From assembly GCA_964372085.1 (NCBI GenBank), contig CAYJPQ010000012.1:694-64693 (forward strand): a DNA stretch of 64,000 nt. The letters are read 5' to 3'. The notes under the pieces are model-generated. The model searched no databases. It saw only the letters and a program-made list of their open reading frames with translations, and was not told where the DNA came from. Origin of the DNA: an uncultured Bifidobacteriaceae bacterium. Its GTDB lineage: Bacteria; Acidobacteriota; Vicinamibacteria; Vicinamibacterales; UBA2999. The position numbers and the translations under genes were made by a program. Below, piece after piece: positions 35,940 through 44,261 of the stretch. Numbering within the stretch: the stretch's first letter is position 1; the number at the start of each line of letters is the position of its first letter.

Positions 35940-37126
35940 TTGCCGGCCCCCTCGGCGGCGGCGGTGATGCGCGCGCCGTCCTGGATGGTGGCAGGCGGCG
36001 CCAGGACGACGCGGTCGCCCTCGTTCAGGCCGGCCAGCACCTCGATGCGCCCGTTGCGCTCGCGGCCGGCCGACAGCATGCGCAGGCGCGCGGCGCCTTC
36101 GGCGTCCACGACATACGCCAGCGTCAGTTGCCCGCGCCGCACCACGGCCGTCGCCGGCACCGACAGCACCCGCTCAGACGGCCCCAAGACGCGGGCGCGC
36201 CCGAAGACCCCCGAGCGCAGTCCCGCCGACCTGGGCAGGTCGAGCTTCACGACAAAGCTGTGCAGCGAGGGGTCCACGCTCTCGACCTCGGCGACCGTGG
36301 ACGGCGCCCATCCCTCGTCGTCGGTGGCGCTGTTGTCGATCCGAACCTCGGCGGCGAGGCCGGGTGACACCAAGTGGGCCTGCGACTCGTCCACGCGTAC
36401 CTCGAGCCGATACGCCGACGTGTCTTCAATGGTCAGGAGCGGCATGCCCGGGGCGGCCATGCTGCCGGGGTCAACCTGCCGGTTGGACACCAGCCCGTCG
36501 AAGGGCGCGGTCAGCACGGCGTACGACGCGCCCACCGATGCCGCCTCTTCCGCGGCCTTCGACGCGCCAAGGCCTGCCTCGGCTTCGGCCACGCGCGCGG
36601 TGGCGCCGGCCAAACGGGCTTCGGCCGCCGCCAGGCCCGCGACGGCCTGATCCAGTTCCTGCTGCGTGGCGGAGTTGCTGTCGCGCAGCCCCTTCACGCG
36701 GCCGTGGGTGGCGCGCGCCAGCACCGCGGCCGATTCGACCGACCGACGCTCGGCCCGCGCAGCCTCGAGCGACAGGCGCATCCCGGTGGCGGCAGCCGAC
36801 GCCCGCGTGGCTTGCGCGCCGACCTCGCGGTCGTCGAGGCGCACCAGCACCTGCCCGCGCGTCACGCGGTCGCCGGCCCTCACGCGCACTTCCACGACGG
36901 GGGCGACGACGCGGCTCGAGATCACGGCCACCTGCCGGGCGCGGACCACGCCGCCGACCTCCCGGCTCGAGGGCCAGTCCACCAACTCCACGCGGCCGAG
37001 CGGCGCCTCGATGGATACCGCCGTCGTCTCCGTGGGTTTCTCCCGGGGTGATTGGCACGCGGCAAGCGTGATCACGCCCGCGCCCGCCATCACCAGTGCC
37101 GATGCGTTCACCACGATGCCCCTCAC
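35936..37126 (-). CDS. RND periplasmic adaptor (membrane fusion protein), lipoprotein
   Basis: GTG at 37126 preceded by [31 protein letters not shown] lipobox, HlyD-like lipoyl and barrel segments. GTGA overlap with the OMF stop. Confidence 0.85.
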   Translation of the reverse strand: MRGIVVNASALVMAGAGVITLAACQSPREKPTETTAVSIEAPLGRVELVDWPSSREVGGVVRARQVAVISSRVVAPVVEVRVRAGDRVTRGQVLVRLDDREVGAQATRASAAATGMRLSLEAARAERRSVESAAVLARATHGRVKGLRDSNSATQQELDQAVAGLAAAEARLAGATARVAEAEAGLGASKAAEEAASVGASYAVLTAPFDGLVSNRQVDPGSMAAPGMPLLTIEDTSAYRLEVRVDESQAHLVSPGLAAEVRIDNSATDDEGWAPSTVAEVESVDPSLHSFVVKLDLPRSAGLRSGVFGRARVLGPSERVLSVPATAVVRRGQLTLAYVVDAEGAARLRMLSAGRERNGRIEVLAGLNEGDRVVLAPPATIQDGARITAAAEGAGK

Positions 37127-38448
37127 GGTCTCCTCCCAAGCGCCCGGTTGAGCGCCGCCTGTGCTTCGATGCGATCGACCAATGCCGACACCCGCGAGGT
37201 CTCGGCGTCCAGGACGGAGGTGGCCGCGCCCAGGACGTCGGACACGCCCGCCATGCCCGCGTCGTAGCGGTTGCGGACGATGCGCTGGCTCTCGCGCGCC
37301 TGGTCCACGGTGGCCCTGGCCACGCCTTCGCGCGCCGTCGCCGATTCCAGCCGGCTGAGCGCCGTGCGCAGGTCCACCTGCACGGCGGCCCGCGCGTCTT
37401 CGTGCGCCAGCCGGGCGCGCTGCTCGGCCTCGGTGGCAGCACGCACCGACGCCTTCGCGGCGCCGCCGGTGGAGAACGACCAGCGGACCTCGCCGCCCAC
37501 CACCCACGCCGACGCGCGGTCGTCAAAGGAGGTGCCGTCGTACTGATAGGCGGCCTGCGCCGCCACCTGGGGCCACCACGCGGCCTTGGCCTGGCGGCGG
37601 CCGGCCTGCGCCATGCCCACGGCGGCGGTGCCGCGCTGCAGTTCGGGGCGCTGGGCCTCGGCCTCGGCCACCAGCTCGGGCCAGGCGGGCAGCGCCGCCG
37701 CCATCGGGGGCTCCGGTTCCTGCACGGCGAAATCAGCGTCGATGGCCGCCGCACGCAGGCGGTTCAACTCGGCGCGGGCGATGGAGGCCTCGCCGGTGGC
37801 CTGGATGGCGCGCTGGCGCATGGCGGCCAGGTGCACCCGGATCGACAGCACGTCGGCGTCGGTCACGGTGCCGGCGTCGCGCCGGCGCTCGGCGCGCGTC
37901 ACGTCTTCCTGCGCCGCGGCCACGGCAGCCGCCGCGGCCCTGGCCTCGGCGTCGCCGCGCAACACGCGTCCATAGGCACGGGCCACGTCCACGGTGAGGC
38001 CGAGCGCCATCTCGTCGCGGCCGGCCTCGGCCAGCTTGCGTGCCGACGCGGCCAGGTCGACGCCGCTACCCGTGCGCCCGCCGTCGTACAGCACCTGGTC
38101 CACCGCCACCGCGCCGTGGAAGAAGCCCAGGGGGTCGGGATGATTCAAGGCCTCGATGGCAAAGTTCTGGGCGCCAAACTGGCGCGCCGACAGCAGCGAG
38201 CTGAAGACGAACACCGGGGCATTGCCGCGCTGCCACGACTCGACCACCGAGACCCTGGGAAAGAACCCCGACCTGGCCTCGTCGGCGCGGGAAGCGGCCT
38301 CGCGAGCGCCCGAGCGTGTGGCTTCGAGCGTGCGGTTGCCGGCCACGGCCTGGGCCGTGGCCTCGTCGAGGGTCAGCACGGACTGGGCTGAGGCTGTGGC
38401 CGCCGCCAGGAGGCTTGCGGCCAGGGCGAACGAAACTGGAAATCGCAT
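37123..38448 (-). CDS. TolC-family outer-membrane efflux protein
   Basis: ATG at 38448 (MRFPVSFALAASLLAAATASAQ). Two coiled-coil-rich repeats typical of OEP/TolC. Confidence 0.85.
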   Translation of the reverse strand: MRFPVSFALAASLLAAATASAQSVLTLDEATAQAVAGNRTLEATRSGAREAASRADEARSGFFPRVSVVESWQRGNAPVFVFSSLLSARQFGAQNFAIEALNHPDPLGFFHGAVAVDQVLYDGGRTGSGVDLAASARKLAEAGRDEMALGLTVDVARAYGRVLRGDAEARAAAAAVAAAQEDVTRAERRRDAGTVTDADVLSIRVHLAAMRQRAIQATGEASIARAELNRLRAAAIDADFAVQEPEPPMAAALPAWPELVAEAEAQRPELQRGTAAVGMAQAGRRQAKAAWWPQVAAQAAYQYDGTSFDDRASAWVVGGEVRWSFSTGGAAKASVRAATEAEQRARLAHEDARAAVQVDLRTALSRLESATAREGVARATVDQARESQRIVRNRYDAGMAGVSDVLGAATSVLDAETSRVSALVDRIEAQAALNRALGRRP

Positions 38449-38488
38449 CGCCTTCAGAGATGCAGGGACGGCCAGAAAGGTGACAACC

Positions 38489-38523
38489 GAAGTGAGAAGT
38501 TGGAGGTGAGAAGTGAGAAGACA
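38489..38523. repeat. Heptamer array GAAGTGA GAAGTTG GAGGTGA GAAGTGA GAAGACA
   Basis: Read directly in the divergent region between the efflux operon and the sigma-factor gene. Same unit as at 52302-52385 and 62468-62558. Confidence 0.85.
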
Positions 38524-38532
38524 GGGGCTATC

Positions 38533-39219
38533 ATGTTGACTGCGCACGAGATGGCGGATCCACACCCCCACGACGGCGACAGTGCCCGGTACGCGGCCCT
38601 GCTGGCGGAAATTGGCCAGGACGCCGGCGGTCCGGCCATGGAGAAGCTGCTCACCGACGCGCAGGCGCTGGCCTACCGGTTCAGCCTGATGGTGTGCGGC
38701 AACGCGTCGGACGCCGAAGACGCCATGCAGGATGCGCTGCTGCAGACCTACAAGAGCGCACGCCGCATCCGCAAGCCCGACGCCTTCCGCACGTGGCTCT
38801 ATCGCACGGTGAAGAACGCCTGCCTCATGTCCCGACGCACGGGCACGCACGAGCCGGCGCACAAGGTGTCACTCGACGAGGAGGGCGCCGTCGACGTGGC
38901 GTCGGCCGACCTCAACCCCGAGGAGCAGACGGCGGCGGCCGCGGAACGAAGGCGCTTCCAGGCGGCGTTCCAGTCGCTGCCACGCCCCTACCGGCTGGTG
39001 GCGTTCCTGCGCGACGTGGAGGGGCTCTCCACGCGTGAGGTGGCCGACGTCGTGGGCATCTCCGAATCCAACGCGAAGCAGCGGCTGCACCGCGCGCGCA
39101 CGCTGCTGCGGACAGCGCTCTCCTCCGGCGCCGCCGCGTCGCGCACGCCCGTGCCCGCCCCCGTGAAAGCCAAGGCCAAACAACGCGCGAAAGCGCTGCT
39201 GAGAAAGCCCCGACCATGA
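38533..39219 (+). CDS. ECF-type sigma-70 family factor with a short basic C-terminal tail
   Basis: Sigma region 2 (AEDAMQDALLQTYKSARRIRKPDAFRTWLYRTVKNA) and region 4 (LPRPYRLVAFLRDVEGLSTREVADVVGISESNAKQRLHRAR). Start uncertain (ATG 38533 or 38551; track TTG 38500 lies inside the heptamer array). Confidence 0.85.
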   Translation: MLTAHEMADPHPHDGDSARYAALLAEIGQDAGGPAMEKLLTDAQALAYRFSLMVCGNASDAEDAMQDALLQTYKSARRIRKPDAFRTWLYRTVKNACLMSRRTGTHEPAHKVSLDEEGAVDVASADLNPEEQTAAAAERRRFQAAFQSLPRPYRLVAFLRDVEGLSTREVADVVGISESNAKQRLHRARTLLRTALSSGAAASRTPVPAPVKAKAKQRAKALLRKPRP

Positions 39220-40361
39220 TGACCAGACGCGACTTCGTCAAGACGGCCTCCGCCACGCTCGCCGCCGCCACGCCGCTCTCGGCCGAGATCCTCATCCAGC
39301 GCACCGTGCGCCCCGTCGTCATCTCCGACTACTCGGGGTGGGAGTTCAAGAACGGTGGCACGGAGAATGCGGTGCAGCGCGCCTTCCGCTTGATCACCGA
39401 GGGCAGGGACGTGCTCGATGCCTTGATCGCGGGCGTCAACATCCCCGAACTGGATCCCCTGGAGACGGGCATCGGCTACGGCTCGCTGCCCAACGCCGAC
39501 GGCGTGATTCAGCTCGACGCCTCGTGCATGCACGGCCCGAAGAAGCGCGCGGGCGCCGTGGCGTGCATCGAGGGCGTCCGCACGCCCTCGCTGGTGGCCA
39601 GGGCGGTGATGGACCACACCGACCACCACTTGCTGGTGGGCGACGGCGCGCAGCAGTTCGCGCGCGCCATGGGCTTCCAGGTGGAGGACGACCTCAACAC
39701 CGACAACTCACGCCGGTTGTGGCGCGAGTGGAAGCGGCGCGTCGATCCCGAGCACTGGCTCGATCCCGACGGCGACGAACGCAAGCCCCGGCCGCGGCAC
39801 GAGAAGGACCCCGGCGATCTCGCGGCGCGCGGCCTGGCGGTCGGCCGCTCGATGGTGCGCGACGGCCTGATCCGTGAAGGCAGCTTCTGGGGCACCATCA
39901 ACTGCGACGCCATCGGCCCCAACGGCGACATCTGCGGGGTCACCACTACCAGCGGCCTGGCGTGGAAGATTCCCGGACGCACGGGCGACTCCCCCATTCT
40001 TGGCGCCGGGCTCTACGTCGACAACGAAGTGGGCGCGGCCGGCTCCACGGGGCGCGGCGAGGCCAATCTCTACAACCTCTCGTCGTTCCTCATCGTCGAG
40101 GGCCTGCGTCGCGGCCTGTCGCCGAAGGACGCGGGCCTGGAGGCGCTCAAGCGCATCCGCGCCAACACCGTGGAGGCGCGGCTGCTGAACTCGAAGGGCA
40201 ACCCCAACTTCAACATCCGCTTCTTCGTGCTGAACAAGCGCGGCGAGTACGCGGGCCTGGCGATGTACCACGCCGGCGAGACGAAGTACGCGGTGTGCAC
40301 CGAGAACGGCGCGCAAGCGCTGGAGCTGGAGCCGCTGCTGCCGGGCGCGCCGGAAGATTAG
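39216..40361 (+). CDS. Tat-signal Ntn-hydrolase of the asparaginase-2 / glycosylasparaginase family
   Basis: MMTRRDFVKTASATLAAA twin-arginine signal. GTINCDAI...TTTSGLAWKIPGRTGDSPILGAGLYVD...GSTGRGE pattern. ATGA overlap with the sigma-factor stop. Confidence 0.85.
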   Translation: MMTRRDFVKTASATLAAATPLSAEILIQRTVRPVVISDYSGWEFKNGGTENAVQRAFRLITEGRDVLDALIAGVNIPELDPLETGIGYGSLPNADGVIQLDASCMHGPKKRAGAVACIEGVRTPSLVARAVMDHTDHHLLVGDGAQQFARAMGFQVEDDLNTDNSRRLWREWKRRVDPEHWLDPDGDERKPRPRHEKDPGDLAARGLAVGRSMVRDGLIREGSFWGTINCDAIGPNGDICGVTTTSGLAWKIPGRTGDSPILGAGLYVDNEVGAAGSTGRGEANLYNLSSFLIVEGLRRGLSPKDAGLEALKRIRANTVEARLLNSKGNPNFNIRFFVLNKRGEYAGLAMYHAGETKYAVCTENGAQALELEPLLPGAPED

Positions 40362-40370
40362 CGGCTTGGC

Positions 40371-40383
40371 GTATACTGTATAC
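40371..40383. promoter_or_regulatory. Palindrome GTATAC-T-GTATAC upstream of the antitoxin gene (candidate operator overlapping a TATACT -10)
   Basis: Read directly, 20 nt upstream of GTG 40404; AGGAGG at 40391-40396. Confidence 0.4.
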
Positions 40384-40403
40384 ACACCTCAGGAGGCCCA
40401 GCA

Positions 40404-40667
40404 GTGGCCAAGAGCGAACCCGTATCCGCGGTGCTCACCCTTCGCGTGCCGCGCGACGTCGCCCGGCGCCTCGCGCGTGAGGCCCGCCGCCAACGGCGCA
40501 CGCGAAGCGAAGTAGCCCGCGACATCCTGGCGGCGGGCCTGGGCGAACCCGCCCCCGACCCGATGGCCGAGGCCCGGCGGCAGTCGCTGATGGTCTCCGA
40601 ACGCGAGTCGGAGCGGGACGCCCTCCGATTCGTCATCGACTCGGCCGACCTGCGCGGCTGGGCATGA
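40404..40667 (+). CDS. Ribbon-helix-helix (CopG-like) antitoxin
   Basis: 87 aa, LTLRVPRDVARRLAREARRQRRTRSEVARDILAAGL. 4-nt overlap with the toxin gene. Confidence 0.75.
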   Translation: MAKSEPVSAVLTLRVPRDVARRLAREARRQRRTRSEVARDILAAGLGEPAPDPMAEARRQSLMVSERESERDALRFVIDSADLRGWA

Positions 40668-40990
40668 CTCGCGGCGACATCGTCGTCGTCGCCACGCGGG
40701 GCGCCTATACCGGCAAGCCGCGTCCGGCCCTCGTGGTGCAGGCCGACGCCTTCAACCCGACGCACGCGAGCGTGAGCCTGTGCCCGATCACGTCCGACTG
40801 CGTGGATGCCCCGCTGTTCCGCGTCTCGCTGCCAGCCGGCCCACGCACGGGCCTCGAAGTGCCCTCGCAGGTGATGGTGGACAAGATCGTCAGCGTCCCG
40901 AGGGATGCGATTGACCGCGCCATCGGGCGCTGTGAGTCCACCGAACTCGAGATCGTCGGCGCGGCGCTGCGAGGCTGGCTATCCCTGTGA
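40664..40990 (+). CDS. MazF/PemK-family type II toxin (endoribonuclease)
   Basis: 108 aa, MTRGDIVVVATRGAYTGKPRPALVVQAD...VSLCPITS...VMVDKIVSVPRDAI. Confidence 0.85.
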   Translation: MTRGDIVVVATRGAYTGKPRPALVVQADAFNPTHASVSLCPITSDCVDAPLFRVSLPAGPRTGLEVPSQVMVDKIVSVPRDAIDRAIGRCESTELEIVGAALRGWLSL

Positions 40991-41683
40991 CACCCCCAGT
41001 CAATCGCCGCTCGTTTCTTCGCGCCGCCTCCGGATTCTTGGCCGCCCCCGCGGTGATGAGCCGCGTGCTCCAGGAAGCTGCCGCCCCGGCCATGCCCGGC
41101 GGCGTGCAGGTGGGTGATGTCACCTCGACGCGCGCCATGCTCTGGAGCGCGGCCGATCGGCCCGCGCGCATGATGGTGGAGTTGTCGCGGGACGAGCGTT
41201 TCACCGCGACGCGCCTGATCGAAGGCCCGGCGGCCCTCGACGACACGCGCTACACCGCCAAGCTGGACCTGGGCGGCCTCGCGCCTGGTGAGCCCGTGTT
41301 CTACCGCGTGTGGTTCGACGACCTCGCGCGCCCGGGGCTGCGCAGCGCGCCGGTGACCGGCCGGTTCCGCACCGCACCGACCGCGGCGCGGCCGCTCACC
41401 ATCTGCTGGTCGGGCGACGTCGTGGGCCAGGGCTGGGGCCTCAACCCCGATTTCGGCGGCCTGCGCCTGTCGATCACGAGGTGCTGAATAACTGGAATCC
41501 CGGCCGCAAGCAGCGCGTGACGAACGTGGTGTGGGTCACCGCCGACGTCCACGACGCGGCGGCGCACTACTGCAGTTCTTCGGCACGCTCACGATCGACC
41601 CGCGGACGCGGCGGATGACGGCGGCGCTGTGGAACCTGAAGAACGAGAGGCTGTGGAGCCGGGAACTGGATGCGGAACGCTAG
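40987..41683 (+). pseudogene. phoD: Decayed alkaline phosphatase PhoD (Tat signal and N-terminal domain intact, central region deleted, two frameshifts)
   Basis: Frame 1: MTPPVNRRSFLRAASGFLAAP...PLTICWSGDVVGQGWG, stop at 41487. Frame 0: DHEVLNNWNPG...VVWVTADVHDAAAHY. Frame 2: LQFFGTLTIDPRTRRMTAALWNLKNERLWSRELDAER, stop at 41683. About 230 codons in total, where PhoD proteins are normally over 500 aa. Confidence 0.75.
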
Positions 41684-42315
41684 TCCTGCTCCACCCGCCC
41701 GCCGCCGCAGATGAGCGCGAGCCGTGCGGCCGTCTCGGCGAGAACGCGGTCGAGCTGCGGCTGCGGGATCTCGGCCGGCGCGTAGATCACGATCACCGCG
41801 TCGGTGGTGGCCTCGGTCACCATCGTGCGCGCCGAGTCTGACGTGGGGTTGCCGAACGGGCCCTCGGCGTCGGCCACGGTGATGCGGCCGCCCACGTGCA
41901 CCGCGTCCTTGCGGATGCCGGCGTAGGACTCACCCTCCAGGCCCAGGCGCATCGTCACGGCACCGTGGATGTGCGACGCGTCGTACAGCCCGTAGGGCAA
42001 CTGGAACTCCACCGAGCACCAGTTGATGACGTCCACCATGGAGTTGATGCGCGGCAGCGAGTCGCCCTTTCGGACGCGGCGCAGCAGGGCCTCGTTGGAC
42101 GGGCGGGTCTTGGTGGGATCGATCCCCACCCGCTTGTACATCGTCCGTACTAACGTCGACTCCGGCGGCGGCGCCGTGCGCACCTTCGACTCGGCCGCGG
42201 CGAGCAGGCCGTCGAGGCGCGGGTCGTGCGCCACCACCGTGGCGCCGGTCCACCAGATCACGCCTGGCCGCACGATGGACGCCACGTCGGGCGCAAGCGA
42301 GAAGCGGTCGGTCAC
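41680..42315 (-). CDS. B3/B4 tRNA-binding-domain protein (PheT B3/4-like)
   Basis: 211-aa ORF; pattern around LPRINSMVDVINWCSVEFQLPYGLYD resembles the B3_4 domain. 4-nt overlap with the plsC stop. Confidence 0.65.
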   Translation of the reverse strand: MTDRFSLAPDVASIVRPGVIWWTGATVVAHDPRLDGLLAAAESKVRTAPPPESTLVRTMYKRVGIDPTKTRPSNEALLRRVRKGDSLPRINSMVDVINWCSVEFQLPYGLYDASHIHGAVTMRLGLEGESYAGIRKDAVHVGGRITVADAEGPFGNPTSDSARTMVTEATTDAVIVIYAPAEIPQPQLDRVLAETAARLALICGGGRVEQD

Positions 42316-43094
42316 ATCATCCCCCTGGCCGCCTCGGCCTCCACGGCCGGACGAATCAGCTCACGCACCCGCTCGGCCAGCTCGCGCACCTCGGCCACCT
42401 CGGGCTCGGGGTTCGCGGCGGTCTCGATGGGGTCGTGCACGGTGAGCACCACGTGGCCTGGCCTCGTGGTGAGCTCGCCCTTGCGCATCACGTGCCGGCT
42501 GCCGGCCACCGAGATGGGCACGATGGGCAGCCCGGCCTGCATGGCCAGGATGAAGCTGCCGCCCTTGAACTTGCCCAGGTAGCCGTCGCGGCTGCGCGTG
42601 CCCTCGGGAAACACGATGAGCGAGAGCCCCTTCGACGTGAGCTCGCTGGCCCACCCGAAGATGCCCGACTTGTCGGGCCGGCTGCGGTCCACCAGCATGT
42701 GACCCGTGCGCTTCAGGTGCGGCCCCAGCACCGGGAACCTTCCCAGCGATTCCTTGGCGATGATGCGCAGTTGGAACGGGATGGACCAGAAGATCACCGG
42801 GATGTCGTAGATGCTCTGGTGGTTGGCCACGAACACGTAGGTGCGCCCGGGCGTGAGACGCTCCAGGCCGTCAACGCGCACCGAGACGCCCGTGGTGGCC
42901 AGGATGAGCCACGACCAGGCGCGCGCGCAGCGATGCGCGAAGTGTCCGCGGCGATCGAAGACGCTCGACGTGACCGACGTGGCACCGAGGATCACGGTGT
43001 AAACGGCGATGGTGGGGATCAGCCACAGGATGGTCCGCCACCAGTGGAAGGACAGCGGTCCTGAGGTCTTGAGGTCTTGAGGTCTCGAGGTCAT
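42312..43094 (-). CDS. plsC: 1-acyl-sn-glycerol-3-phosphate acyltransferase
   Basis: NHQSIYD (HX4D) and FPEGTRS motifs. Start ambiguous: ATG 43094 sits in the last unit of an 8-mer array, while ATG 43130 would overlap the upstream gene. Confidence 0.85.
   Translation of the reverse strand: MTSRPQDLKTSGPLSFHWWRTILWLIPTIAVYTVILGATSVTSSVFDRRGHFAHRCARAWSWLILATTGVSVRVDGLERLTPGRTYVFVANHQSIYDIPVIFWSIPFQLRIIAKESLGRFPVLGPHLKRTGHMLVDRSRPDKSGIFGWASELTSKGLSLIVFPEGTRSRDGYLGKFKGGSFILAMQAGLPIVPISVAGSRHVMRKGELTTRPGHVVLTVHDPIETAANPEPEVAEVRELAERVRELIRPAVEAEAARGMM
43063..43094. repeat. 8-mer tandem repeat GAGGTCTT x2, GAGGTCTC, GAGGTCAT
   Basis: Read directly; the last unit contains the complement of the candidate plsC ATG. 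Confidence 0.9.
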
Positions 43095-43116
43095 TGCAGG
43101 ACCCGCCGAAGGCGGG

Positions 43117-44199
43117 CTATTTTCCGCCATTCGACGGCGGGGCCGCCACCACCGGCGCCGGGGGCGCCACCGGCTGGGCGGCGGCTGCGCGCGGCGGGGC
43201 CGACTGCTGCCCCCCGGGCTCGAGGTAGCGGCCGAAGATCATCTTGCCCGCCGTGGTCTGCAGCACGCTCGTCACCACGATGTCGATGGTCTTGCCGATC
43301 ATCTTGCGGGCGTTGTCGACCACCACCATCGTGCCGTCGTCGAGATAGGCCACACCCTGGTTGTATTCCTTCCCTTCCTTCAGGATGAACACCTTCATGA
43401 TTTCGCCGGGCAGCACCACGGGCTTGAGGGCGTTGGCGAGCTCGTTGATGTTGAGCACCTCCACACCCCGCAGCTGCGCCACCTTGTTGAGGTTGAAGTC
43501 GTTGGTGACGATCTTGCCGGTGAGCGTGCGGGCCAGCTCGATGAGCTTGAGGTCCACCTCGCGCACGTCGGGAAAGTCCACGTCGGAGATGACCACCTCC
43601 ACCCCGGCCATCTTCTGAATCTTGGCCAGGATGTCGAGGCCGCGCCGGCCGCGGTTGCGCTTCATCGAGTCGGACGAGTCGGCCACCAACTGCAGTTCCT
43701 TGAGCACGAACTGCGGGATCACCAGCGTGCCGTCGAGGAACCCGGTGTCGCAGATGTCGGCGATCCGGCCGTCGATAATCACCGAGGTGTCGAGGATCTT
43801 GTAGTGGCGCGCAGGCCCGGCCGCGCGGAAGAGCGACAGCAGGCGGGCCGGCTCGAGCCACTCGCCCTTGCGCCCCCCCACCACCAGCCCCAGGTAGGGC
43901 AGCAGCAACAGGATGAAGGTGTGGAGAAAGGCGACGCGCTGGTCGCCGGGGTCAACCCAGAAGAGCGCCGCGCCGATCCCCTTGGCCAGCAGCAGGCCCA
44001 CCGCGCCGCCCAGCAGCGCGCCGAGCATGTGCGACACGGAGGTGTCGCGCAGCTGCCATTCGAAGACCACGGCGAGCAGTGCCAGCCCGAGCCCGAACAC
44101 CACATTGATCAGCGGGTCTGGCCCCACCGGCCCCAGGAGCAGGGCCGAGTACGACACCGTCCCCACGAAGAACACACGCGCGAGTAGGAACCACGCCAT
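43117..44199 (-). CDS. Membrane-anchored PIN/TRAM domain protein (YacL-like)
   Basis: 360 aa; four N-terminal TM helices, a PIN domain (ILDTSVIIDGRI...), and a TRAM-like C-terminus. Adjacent to radA, as yacL is in B. subtilis. Confidence 0.85.
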   Translation of the reverse strand: MAWFLLARVFFVGTVSYSALLLGPVGPDPLINVVFGLGLALLAVVFEWQLRDTSVSHMLGALLGGAVGLLLAKGIGAALFWVDPGDQRVAFLHTFILLLLPYLGLVVGGRKGEWLEPARLLSLFRAAGPARHYKILDTSVIIDGRIADICDTGFLDGTLVIPQFVLKELQLVADSSDSMKRNRGRRGLDILAKIQKMAGVEVVISDVDFPDVREVDLKLIELARTLTGKIVTNDFNLNKVAQLRGVEVLNINELANALKPVVLPGEIMKVFILKEGKEYNQGVAYLDDGTMVVVDNARKMIGKTIDIVVTSVLQTTAGKMIFGRYLEPGGQQSAPPRAAAAQPVAPPAPVVAAPPSNGGK

Positions 44200-44261
44200 T
44201 TATGAAACCCCTGCCTGTCACCGGATGTATCCGGCAACCTTAAGCCCATGGGGCTGGCAGG

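Noticed and set aside
32028-36650. 1540-aa plus-strand ORF
   Set aside because: It is antisense to the USP, RND permease and adaptor genes, with low-complexity His/Arg/Gly-rich translation. The minus-strand genes carry clear family signatures and coupled overlaps.
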